DNA of 64,000 nucleotides from a bacterium. GTDB lineage: Bacteria; Krumholzibacteriota; Krumholzibacteriia; G020349025. Below the pieces are notes generated by a model. It was not told the DNA's origin. It made no database searches and saw nothing but the letters and a program-made list of their open reading frames with translations. Below are positions 8,372-18,800 of this stretch, piece after piece. Numbering within the stretch: position 1 is the first letter of the stretch; each line of letters opens with the position of its first letter. The position numbers were made by a program, and so were the translations under genes. The stretch covers positions 63,031-127,030 of the forward strand of contig JANLSU010000106.1 in NCBI GenBank assembly GCA_031362565.1, read 5' to 3'.

Positions 8372-10650
8372 TGCATCACGCTGGCGGCGAGCCGATCCAA
8401 CGCGATCCGTTTCGCCGCGCCGGGCAGGCGCGCGACTGGTTCCGCATCGGGTGCGCGGCCGGGTTCGTCCTTGGGTTGCAGGGTGCGGCGGCGTTTGCCC
8501 AACCGGCGAGCGACGCGGGTGTCGTGCGCTTCACGTACCCGGACACGACGGCCAAGGCGGTGTTCTTGGCCGGGGATTTCAACGGCTGGAGCCCGAATGC
8601 GACGCCGCTCGATCGCGAGGGCCCGGCGTGGGTGACGCGCGTTTTTCTGGACCCGGGAACCTACGAATACAAGTTCCAGGTCGACGGCGTTTGGACGGTG
8701 GATGCCGCCAATCCGGAGACGACCGCGAAAGGCAACTCGGTCGTGCGAGTCGGCAAGGAGGGGAGCGTCGAGCCACCGCGTTCGCCGGTCGCGGAGGCGG
8801 CGACGGCGGCAACCGCGGCCGGACCGGGCTCGCTGTTGTGGGGCGTACGCTATCTCGGTTTCGCGACCGCGGGCCGCGATCGCACCCTCGACCGTTACGA
8901 TCTCAGCCCGGTGGTGCACGACATCGACCTGCGTCTCGATGCGCGGATGACGCCTGATGCCACTGGATGGTTCCTCGGCCATTTCGACAATCGCGACGGC
9001 AGCGGTCCCGACAACGCGGCGTTGCGGTACGAGCGCGGCATGGTGGCATGGACGCCGGCGCCATGGGCACTGCGCCTTTTCGATCACACGGCCGCGAGCG
9101 TCTTTGATGATCCGGCGGCGCTGGTCGGCCGGGTCGGGCGCTATGCGGATGACTTCGGCTACGGGCGCCGCGGGGTGGATTTGCGCCGGCGAGTCCTCGG
9201 TGCGCCGCTCGAGTTCGTGTACGCCGACGACGCCGAGCCAGGGGAAAATCGCGCCCCGCAGACGGCGCTTCCCGATTTGCATGGTCCGGATGCGCTCGGG
9301 CTGGCGGGTCAAAAAGTGCAGCGGTATGTGACTTCGCAAAGCGATCGGGGTTCGGACGCGGTTGGTTTCCGGGCCCGCATCGGCACGGATCGCCGCGGCC
9401 TCGGAGTGTCGTTGCGCGGCAATCGCGGCCGCAATGCGGGCCGCTTAGCCGACGTGCAGGTGGCGCGGACGGCCGGCGATACGCTCATCGGTACCGGCCG
9501 CGAACTCACGACCACCGAGACCTCGTCCGCGTGGGGCCTCGATGTGCGGTCGCGCTGGGGCAAGTTGCGTTTCGCGGCCGAGTTCTTGGAGGGTGTCTTA
9601 CGGGCCCGCGCCCAGCGCGTCGCGCCGGTCGTGCGCTTGCGAGCCGCGCCCGGCGCGACCGCGACCGAACGATTCTTGGGGACCTCGGATGCGAGCGCCG
9701 ACGGTTTCGATTTGGACCATAGCCGGCGCGTCATTGTCCGCGCCGGGGGGCCGCGCGCCACCCACATCGTCGGCACCGAAACCTGGAGCGCCCGGCCGGG
9801 AACCGGCGGCCTCACGGGGCCACGCTTGGCTTACGAATACGAAGAGCACAATTTCACCGCGCTCAGGACCGGCGCACCGTTTCTCTTGCGCCGGAATTCG
9901 CTGCAAGGCGCCGTCGATCTGCATGCCGCCGGGACCGTCCTGCGCCTCGAGGCCGAGCAGAATTGGTTCCGCTCGCCCGCCGGGTCCGAGTGGTCGACAC
10001 AGTCGTGGTTTCGAAGCGGCAACTTTTGGCTCGACGAAGATGTCGTCGGCCTCGAACGGCTGACCCTGCTGGGAACTCCACAAGCTGCCATCGCGCGCCT
10101 GCACGCCGGCCGCATGTTGTGGCCGCGCCGCGAATTGCAGGGCGAGTTGCATGCGACGTGGAGCGCGCCGGGATTCGGCCACGCGCCGCGCGCCGTCGAG
10201 AACATTCTGCGCTTTTCGCTGCCGGTCCGCGGTCCGGTGTCGCTTCGCACCCACTCGCGGCTCGCGGTGTATCGCCAACTCGAGCCGCTCGACGCGGCCG
10301 GTATTACCGCGCTCGGGGCCGGGCCGCGCATCGAAGCGGGCACCGCCGACACCCACGGGTTCGCGGTCCGGCGTTCGTATCAGGCGTTTGGGGCGCATTT
10401 TGTCGAGTTGGTTTGTGCGCTGAGCGCGCGCTCCGATATCGCGCTCGGTTTCGGCGTCGATCCCATCGTGGTCTACGAAGTGACGAACGAATACGCGCCG
10501 ATCGGTTACGACGAGTTCCTCTTCGCACACGGTGCGAGCCCCACGGAGGCCCGGATCGATCCCGCCGGGCTCGGGAAGCGCATCGCCGCGGCGGAGGGTG
10601 CGCTCGAACGCGAGCGGCGCATCGGGATCGAAGCCCGGCTGCGCTTTTGA
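8371..10650 (+). CDS. AMPK-beta/CBM48 glycogen-binding domain fused to a putative beta-barrel
   Basis: Signal peptide (AFA-Q); VFLAGDFNGW...LDPGTYEYKFQVDGVWTVDAANP; C-terminal IEARLRF. Confidence 0.75.
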   Translation: MHHAGGEPIQRDPFRRAGQARDWFRIGCAAGFVLGLQGAAAFAQPASDAGVVRFTYPDTTAKAVFLAGDFNGWSPNATPLDREGPAWVTRVFLDPGTYEYKFQVDGVWTVDAANPETTAKGNSVVRVGKEGSVEPPRSPVAEAATAATAAGPGSLLWGVRYLGFATAGRDRTLDRYDLSPVVHDIDLRLDARMTPDATGWFLGHFDNRDGSGPDNAALRYERGMVAWTPAPWALRLFDHTAASVFDDPAALVGRVGRYADDFGYGRRGVDLRRRVLGAPLEFVYADDAEPGENRAPQTALPDLHGPDALGLAGQKVQRYVTSQSDRGSDAVGFRARIGTDRRGLGVSLRGNRGRNAGRLADVQVARTAGDTLIGTGRELTTTETSSAWGLDVRSRWGKLRFAAEFLEGVLRARAQRVAPVVRLRAAPGATATERFLGTSDASADGFDLDHSRRVIVRAGGPRATHIVGTETWSARPGTGGLTGPRLAYEYEEHNFTALRTGAPFLLRRNSLQGAVDLHAAGTVLRLEAEQNWFRSPAGSEWSTQSWFRSGNFWLDEDVVGLERLTLLGTPQAAIARLHAGRMLWPRRELQGELHATWSAPGFGHAPRAVENILRFSLPVRGPVSLRTHSRLAVYRQLEPLDAAGITALGAGPRIEAGTADTHGFAVRRSYQAFGAHFVELVCALSARSDIALGFGVDPIVVYEVTNEYAPIGYDEFLFAHGASPTEARIDPAGLGKRIAAAEGALERERRIGIEARLRF

Positions 10651-10706
10651 ACCGGGAGCCAACCACGTCTGTACGCGGGAGCGTCAAAGTGTCGATCGGA
10701 GTTTTG

Positions 10707-11141
10707 ATGCGGGGTGCTGAACCGGATCCACCGCGGCGTCGCCGTCGGCGCGCCGGGCGGCGCTCGGGCGCGGTGCTGCTCCTGATCGGCGGTCTCGGAC
10801 TCGCGTGCCAGCCGCCACCGCGTTCGCAGTCATCGCCGGAACGAACCGCGAATGGCTTCGTGTTCCGTTACCGGGCGCCTGCGGCACGCGTCGTTCAACT
10901 CGCCGGCAGCTGGGACGGCAATACCTTTCTACGCGGCAGCGAGTGGACGCGCGACACGCGTGTCGGTCAGATGCAGGATCCGGATCACGATGGCGTGTGG
11001 GAAGCGTGGGTGCCGCTCGGACCGGGACGCTACGAATATGTGTTCTTGGTGGATGGCACGTTCTGGGAAGCCGATCCCACGAATCCGCAGCGTGTACCGG
11101 ATGGCCAGGGTGGCACGCGGTCGCTTCTCGTCGTGCCGTAG
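10707..11141 (+). CDS. CBM48/AMPK-beta-like glycogen-binding lipoprotein
   Basis: Lipobox LGLA-C; VQLAGSWDG...GVWEAWVPLGPGRYEYVFLVDGTFWEADPTNP. Confidence 0.8.
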   Translation: MRGAEPDPPRRRRRRAGRRSGAVLLLIGGLGLACQPPPRSQSSPERTANGFVFRYRAPAARVVQLAGSWDGNTFLRGSEWTRDTRVGQMQDPDHDGVWEAWVPLGPGRYEYVFLVDGTFWEADPTNPQRVPDGQGGTRSLLVVP

Positions 11142-11180
11142 AGGGCGGCCACAACACGTCTTTCCCGGGGCTCGGAAGGC

Positions 11181-11189
11181 TGGTACACT
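11181..11189 (+). promoter_or_regulatory. Extended -10 (TGgTACACT), probably leaderless promoter
   Basis: TACACT ends 6 nt before ATG 11196; no SD visible. Confidence 0.5.
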
Positions 11190-11195
11190 GCCCGC

Positions 11196-12317
11196 ATGGC
11201 AACTCGATCCCGCGTCGCGGTTCTTCGCACGACGCCCAAAACGATCCTGACCGACATCGACAAGCTCGCGGACCTCGCTGGGGTGCGCACGGCGCTCGCG
11301 CCTGCATCCACGACGATTCTCAAGGACAACATCTCGTGGCATTTCCCGTTCCCCGGCGCCAACACCACTCCCTGGCAGCTCGAGGGCACGATCCTGGCGT
11401 TACGCCAGGCGGGATTCGCCGACCAGGTCTGCGTTCAGAACAAGACCGTCGTCACCAATGCCTTCAAAGGTGAAGACCTCAACCACTACGTGCCGCTGTT
11501 CCGGAAGTACGAGATTCCGGTGCTTTACAACTTCCGCGACACCGACATGCAGTGGATCGACTACAAGCCAAAGGCCAAGATGCTCGTCCTCGACAAGATC
11601 TTTCCCGAGGGCATTCGCATTCCCGACTACTTCCCCGGCAAGAACATCGTCCATTTGCCGACCGTGAAGTGCCATATCTACACGACGACCACCGGCGCTA
11701 TGAAGAACGCGTTCGGCGGCCTGCTGAGTACAAAACGCCACTACACGCACAGCTGGATTCATCAGACGCTCGTCGACCTGCTGGCGATTCAGAAGGAGAT
11801 TCACTCCGGGCTGTTCGCGATCATGGACGGCACGACGGCCGGCAATGGCCCGGGGCCACGGACCATGTTTCCCGAGATCAAGAATGTCATGTTGGCGAGC
11901 GCCGACCAAGTCGCCATCGACGCGGTGGCCGCGACGATGATGGGCTTCGATCCGATGCGGCTCGACTTCATTCGCCTGGCGCACGAAGCCGGACTCGGCG
12001 TCGGACGGCCGGAGGAAATCGAGATCGTCGGCCATCCCGATGCGGCCCAGGAGAACTGGCATTTCAGTGTCGGCGACAACGGCGCGAGCCGCGTCGGCGA
12101 CTTCTTCTGGTTCGGGCCGATGAAATCGGTGCAGAACTTCTTCTTCCGAACGCCGCTTGTGCATGCCTTCATTTTCGGTTCCGAGGCCTACCATGATCTG
12201 TATCGTTGGCCGGCCAAGGACCGTCACACGTTCGAGCGCTGGCGGCGTGACACCGAGTGGGGCCGGCTCTTCCACAAGTACGCCGCATCCGAGGCCGCGG
12301 TCGCGGGCCCGCCATGA
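11196..12317 (+). CDS. DUF362 domain protein
   Basis: ILKDN, HLPTVKCHIYTTTTGAMKNAFG, AIMDG, ADQVAIDAVAATMMGFDP motifs. Confidence 0.85.
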   Translation: MATRSRVAVLRTTPKTILTDIDKLADLAGVRTALAPASTTILKDNISWHFPFPGANTTPWQLEGTILALRQAGFADQVCVQNKTVVTNAFKGEDLNHYVPLFRKYEIPVLYNFRDTDMQWIDYKPKAKMLVLDKIFPEGIRIPDYFPGKNIVHLPTVKCHIYTTTTGAMKNAFGGLLSTKRHYTHSWIHQTLVDLLAIQKEIHSGLFAIMDGTTAGNGPGPRTMFPEIKNVMLASADQVAIDAVAATMMGFDPMRLDFIRLAHEAGLGVGRPEEIEIVGHPDAAQENWHFSVGDNGASRVGDFFWFGPMKSVQNFFFRTPLVHAFIFGSEAYHDLYRWPAKDRHTFERWRRDTEWGRLFHKYAASEAAVAGPP

Positions 12318-12460
12318 ACGCCCGCGTCTCCGGCCCGCTGATCGTCGCGGTCATCTTCTTCTGCCTGGCGTTCGGGCGCACCGGAGGCCAGCGCGGGGCT
12401 TTTATCGGCATTGCGGTGGTCTTCGTCGTTTTGGCGCTGCGGCGCCGCCGCAACGGTTGA
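12314..12460 (+). CDS. Small two-helix membrane protein (48 aa)
   Basis: ATGA overlap with the DUF362 stop; two hydrophobic segments and a basic tail. Confidence 0.5.
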   Translation: MNARVSGPLIVAVIFFCLAFGRTGGQRGAFIGIAVVFVVLALRRRRNG

Positions 12461-12662
12461 TGCGGGCGGCGCGCCTGGGTTGCACCGGCGGCGCGCGATC
12501 CTTCGTACCGGGTCTTCGCCCGCGCTTCGCGCCGCCCTGCTGCGCCTTTTCCCCCGTTCGCGTTCCACTCCTAATTCCACTCCGCCGTGATCAATGCGGC
12601 GCGCTGTGGCGCCGGCGCCTGCGTCGCGTGACGTTCGTCCTCACTTCGACGTGTTCCTTCCA

Positions 12663-12678
12663 GGGCATGCTCTTTGCG
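12663..12678 (+). promoter_or_regulatory. Candidate sigma54 -24/-12 promoter upstream of the giant surface protein
   Basis: GGGCATGCTCTTTGCG: GG-N10-GC with GGCA and TTGC, in a 415-nt intergenic gap. Confidence 0.45.
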
Positions 12679-12874
12679 CGACGACCTGCACCGGGGCCCT
12701 TGGCCGCACCCTCGACGTGTGGCCGGGAAACCGGCGGGTCGTTCGCGCCCCGACGCTAAATCCCTGCGACGCATGAACTGGGTCGAGCCACGCGTCGATG
12801 GCCGCCAGCAATCCCGGAATAGCGCATCGCACCTTCCGGGATTCGTGGTTGCGTCCCGCACAGGGAGTTCGCGA

Positions 12875-15800
12875 GTGTTGGATTTCTTGTCCCGCCGATG
12901 GTCGCTTTGGATCGTGGGTGCAGCCATCGTCCTGGCCGGACGGTCGGCCGGCGCCCAAGGCTTTTTGTCACTGCGCATCGAGACCGCACCGGGCGGCAAT
13001 GCACCGGATCTTGCGTCGACGACGCGCGTCGCGGGCGATTCGCTGCGGCTCTTCGCGGCGACTTACGATTTTCTGGGATTCTACGCCGGGCCGGCGGCCG
13101 TCGATTGGTCGATCATTCCCGGTGGCGCGACGCTCGACGCCACACAAGGGACGACAACGCTGGTGCAAACGAGCCTCACCGGCCAATTCCACGTCCAAGC
13201 TGTCATGGACGGCACGACGGCCGACACCGGCAACATCACGGTCGTACCCGGACCCCCCTCAGGCCTGGCGGCTTTCGCATCGCCGGCGTTCGGCGCGCCT
13301 GCCATCACGTCGCTGGCTCTCTCGGCCGATTCAAGCCTCGTGCTCTACACTGGCAGCTACGACAAATTCTCGAACTGGACGGGACCGATCGACGTCGCTT
13401 GGTCGCTCGATGCGCCGATCGCCGCCGTCACGCCGTCGCATGCAACGCTCACCGTGCTCGACCCGCGGCGCACGGGGAACGGCCACCTGTGGCTCGATGC
13501 GCCGTCGTTGCCGCGCCTCGATCTGCCACTCGCGGTGACCCACGGCCGGATTGCGTCACTGCTCGTCTCCACCACGCCGGGCGGTACGCCGCTCGCCGAC
13601 ACGACACTCGTCGCCGGCCAAACGCTGCATCTCGAGGCGCGCGCCGCCGACGCCGACGGCAACTCCGTGACGCCATTCGCCGGCGCCACTTGGTCGGCGA
13701 CCGGCACTGGACTCGCTCTCGGTGCCGTGAACGGCGTGCAAACGGACGCCCTCGCATCGCTTCCCGGCAGCGCGCGCATTGTGGCGACCGCCGGCGCCAT
13801 CCAAACGAGTACGGGGATCATCCGCATCACCGCCGGCATCCTCGCACGCTTGCGCGTGTCGCGCGCTCCGGACACGTATGTCGCTGTCGATCCGGCGACC
13901 GTCGACGCCGATCAAAATTTCGAATTGTTCGCACTCGGTCAAGATGCCGCCGGCCATTGGCTCGGACCGGTGAGCGCGACGTGGACGAGCACGGACGCCG
14001 CCGTGTTGCACTCGCCGACGACGACCGGGCCGAGTGCGGTCGTCGATTGTGCGCGCATCGGCACCGCCCGCCTGCGTCTGACGGGCGCTGGACTCGCCCC
14101 CGACAGTACCGGCGCCGTGCAAGTCACGCCGGGCCGGTTCGCGCGCCTGACCATCGAATCACTCGGCGACGGCACCGGCAGCGAGATGGGCGCCCTCGGC
14201 TTCTCGGCGGATTCCGTCATCGCCTTCCACGCCGTCGGACGCGACGCGGACGGCAATTTCGTCGGCGCACGCAATGCTCTGTGGTCGCTCACCGGTCCCA
14301 TCGGTTCGTTGTCCACGCCGCTGGGTCCGGACGTGGTACTCCTGGGCGAACATCCGGGCACCGCGCTTCTCACCGCCGTCGACGGCATCGAAACCGATGT
14401 TGCGGGCCCGATCACCGTCACCGCCGGCGCGCCGTATCGCCTGCGGGCCGAAGACAGTCTTGGCTTGGCGCTCGCGCCGCGCGCTCTCGCGCCGGGCGAA
14501 ACGGCGAGCGCGGTCGCGATGACCCTCGATCGCGACGGCAACCAGCTGACTGCGGCGCCGGTGACTTGGGGCTGGCTCGGCGATGCGCTGGCGCTCCTGC
14601 CGGGCAGCGCCGCGCCGCAATACAACTGGACCGCGGGCCGGGTCGGCCAAGGCCGGCTCGTGCTGGCAGCTCCCGGCCTGATGGCCGACACGAGTGCGAC
14701 GTTCACCGTCGTGGCGGGTTCACCCGCGAGGCTCGAAATGCGCGACGCATTGGGACTACCGGTGGGGGCGCGCACCTTGTCGTGCGATGCGCTTCTCGAA
14801 CTGCATGCATGGGCTCTCGATGGAAGTGGCAACGAGCTCGGACAGGTGCCCGTCACATGGAGCGTGCTCGGCACGGCGGGCAGCGCCACCGTAGCACCGC
14901 TTGCAGGTTCGGCGACGGTATTGCGCCCGGTCACTCCAGGTGTCGTCCGTGTTGCGGCACTGCATGGCAGCGGGGTCCAAGCGCAGTCCGGCGATCTGAC
15001 TCTCGTTCCCGGACAGATCACGCGCGTGACAATCGAGACCGCAGCCGACGGCAGCGGATCGCGCCTGGCGTCGCGCGGCCTCGCGGCCGGTGATCTGCTG
15101 CCGCTCTTCGCGGTCGGCCGCGACGGCCAGGGCAATTTCGTTGCGCCGGTGAATGCCAACTGGTTCGAGTCGGGCGGCATCGGCACCTTGAGCGTGACGC
15201 AAGGCACCGCCACGATTCTGCTCGCCGAGCACCGCGGCCGCGGCCGCGTGACGCTGACCGTGCCGCTCATCGATGGCGACGAGACCGGCATTCTCGACGT
15301 CACACCCGGACCGGTGGCGGCACTTGGCATCGAACGTTCGCCGGCCGGTCCGGCCGACGCGCTCGGCACGGCGACGGTGAGTGTCGATGATTCGCTGATG
15401 GCCTTCGCAGTGGTGCGGGACGTGTTCGGGAATTGGATTGCCACGGTGCCGGCATTCTGGAGTGTGACCGGCCCGGCGGGCGCGGCGCAGATTTCCAGCC
15501 CCGGCCCGGCAACCGCAACCGTGCTACGGCCGCAGCATCCGGCGCAAGTGCAACTCACCGCGACGTGGAACGGATTCGCGGCACTCTCCGGCCCGCTCGC
15601 CCTCGTCGTTGGACGCCTCGCCACGGTTGGCATCGAGACGGCGGCCGATGGCAGCGGCTTCGCGATCGGTAATCGCACCTTGGGCGCCGGTGAAGTGGTC
15701 GCGTTGTACGCCATCGGCCGTGACGCGCTCGGCAACTTGACCGGTGCGGTGACAGCGGCGTGGAGCGTCGTCGGCATCGGTGGAACGCTCGACACGGCGT

Positions 15801-18800
15801 GGCAGAGCGCGGCGCGTTTCACCGCCGACCGGCCCGGCCTGTGCCATGTGACGGCCGCCTACCCGGGGGTGGGTTTGGCGACGACCGGTGCATTGACGGT
15901 CACTGCCGGCACGCCCGCGTCACTCGTTCTCGAGCGGGCGCCCGGCGATCCATTCGACCCCTTCGACACCACCGCACTCGCGGCCGGCGATTCCGTCGAG
16001 GCCTACGCGGTGCTGCGCGATGGACTTGGGAACTGGGTGGGCAATGTCGTCGCAACGTGGAGTGTTCTCGGGAGTCCCACGAGCGCGATCTTGAATCCGA
16101 CCGCGGCGGGTGGCGTTGCGCTGCAGGCGCGCCATCCGGGAAGCGTGCGTTTGCAGGCGACGTGGAATGGCCGCGACGCGGTGAGCGGGACAATCGATCT
16201 CGGCGCCGGCGCGCCCGCCGGTACGTTTATGATGAGCTTGACGCCCAACACCCTACGGGCCGGTGGACCGTTGCCGGCGCTCGGCAACGGTGGCCCCGTC
16301 ACGGACGCATGGGGCAATGACGTCGCCGACGGCACGCGCATCGATGTGCGTTTGACGGGCGCCACGGGTCTCGCCGGCGAGGATCTCGATCCGGTGCGTG
16401 CCGGCGTGCAGCGCCCGACGAGCGCCGGGCACTTCGTCTTCACGCTCGTGCCGGGCGCCCTTGCGGGCCCGGCGACCGTCGATGCAACGGCGGGGACGGC
16501 GGCCGGCCGAGCGGCGATTGCCTTGTTGCCGCCGATCGGCATCGGCGTGCTGGCGGGATCGTTCACGCCGATCGAATGGTTGCGTGGCGCGCCGTTTGCA
16601 GCCCACTTGACGCTCGTGAATCCCGATGTGCTGGCGCTCGACCTCGCGACGGCAGAACTGCGGTTGGACGACGGCAACGGTGGCGCGATTCAAACCTCAC
16701 TCGCCGCGCCGGTCACGCTCCAGCCGGGCATGGCAACGGGTGTCGATTTTGTGTCGCTCGATACGCCCGGCGCGCTCCGCGCCGGACGTTACACGCCACG
16801 CTTGCACGTCACCGGCCAGGACCAGCTGGGGTCGCCGTTCGATCTCGAGATCGGCACCGCCGGTGCGACACTCGATCTGGTGGATGGCGCCGTGACCCAG
16901 GTGACCGGCCATGCGCCGCTCCGCCTGACGCAGGGAACGCCGGTGCACTTCACCGTCGATGTTCTGAATAGCGGCGATGTTGCCGTGCAGCTCGATGCGG
17001 CGCGTTCGCTCCTGCAGGGCGGCGCGTTCGCGGCGGCGCTGGCCCCCGGGAGTGCCACGACGCTCGCCCGCGGCACTGTCACCCGGCTCGATTTCGTCAC
17101 CACCATTTGGCCGCTTGGCGCGACGGTGGGGGATGTGCCGCTCGATCTCGAACTGCACGGCACCCAAACCGGCGGCGCCTTCGATGCGTCGGTGGCGAGC
17201 GGCACGGTGCGCGTCGATGCGACGGCGGCGTTGATCGCCGACAAGGGTGCACTGACGCCCGTCCTGGTGCCGCAAGGTGCGAGCCCGGCGCCGCGGATCA
17301 CGGTGCAGAACGCTGGTGGCAGTGCCGTGACCCTGAATACCAACACGCAAGTGCAAATCGCCGGCCGCGCCGGTGGTCTGGTGACACCGGTTCGCGTCGG
17401 ACCCGATTCCGCCGCGATCCTCGATTTCGCGCCAGTGGATCTCGGCGGCCTGCCGGCCGGACTGTACTCGGTGTGGTTGTCGGCACAGGGGACGCAGAAT
17501 GGCGCCGCGTTCGCGCAAGATGTCGCCTTGGCCGACAGCCTCACGCTGTTTGCGCCGGCGGCGCTCACCATCTTGGGGATTCAGCCGAGCCAGGCGACGG
17601 TCACGGCCGGGCAGACCGCGTCTTGGCTGCTGCGCGTCGTGCTGTCGAATAGCGGTGCGACAGCATACCGCATCGATGCAGCCGATGTGCACATCGTGTT
17701 GGGCGGCATCGACCGCACCGCGACCTACACGATGACGCACCAAAAACCCTTTACCAGCGCGTTGCCACCCGCAGCCCGGGATACGCTCGATTTCTTGGTG
17801 ACACAAACCGGCCCCGATGCTGGACTCGCGACTCTCGAAGCCGCGGTGCAGGCAACCGATCTCACCACCGGACTGCCCGTCGAGGCCAACACGTTCACGG
17901 CTGGAAAGGGCAGTCTCCGGGTCCAGAACCCGGCGATCGCCGCGGCGGGCGTGTTGACCCTGTCGCAGCCGGCCGTCGTCGCCGGCCAAACAGCGCCCGT
18001 GGAAGTGACGCTCACGGTGCGCAACGCCGGTGAAGCGATCCTCGATCTCGATCCAGCGTCGCTCGCGGCGAGCTTTGTCACCGCGCCGGCGATCGCGGTC
18101 GTGCCGGCGAGTTACACCGGCGGGCCCGGGCTCGCAGCCGGTGAATCGATGCTGCTGCGCTGGACCTTGGGCCCTTTCACCGCCGCGCCCGGCAGTCTGC
18201 AGTTGACCGCGACCCCGCAATTCGTGGAACGGAATCGCGCCGCGTTGTTGACCTGCAGCGCGAGCACCAACGTGCCGGTGCAAGGGCCGGCGGCGGTCGT
18301 TGTCAGCCAGGCCAATGCGCCGGCGAGCGTCACCGTGGCACAGGCGCAAGCTTGGACGGCGCGCTTCCAACTCACGAACTCCGGCGGCAGTAGCGTGACG
18401 GTCGCGACACCGCGCCTCGTGTTTGCGGCGCCGGGCGCCGCGACGACGTTCGGGGTCACGCCACCGCTCACCTTCGAAGACGGGCGGCCGTTGCAGCTCG
18501 CACCAGGTGCGCAGGGGACTCTCGCCTTCGTTATCAACCGAACCGATGCGACGGCGCGCCGGGTCACGATCGGCGTCGCGTGTGACGCCGTCGAAGAACT
18601 CTCGGGACGCGCGTTGACGATCGCCAACGGTGCGACCGCGACCGTGAGCGTGCAAGCGCCACCCGCCGTGCAGTTGGTGGATGCATCCCTCGCGCCGGCG
18701 CGCGCCGCGGTGGGCCAGGTCGTGGGGTTCACGCTCGATGCCCAGAATACCGGTGAGTCGCGCTTGGATCTCGATGCAACCCAGTCTTGGGCCCGGCTCG

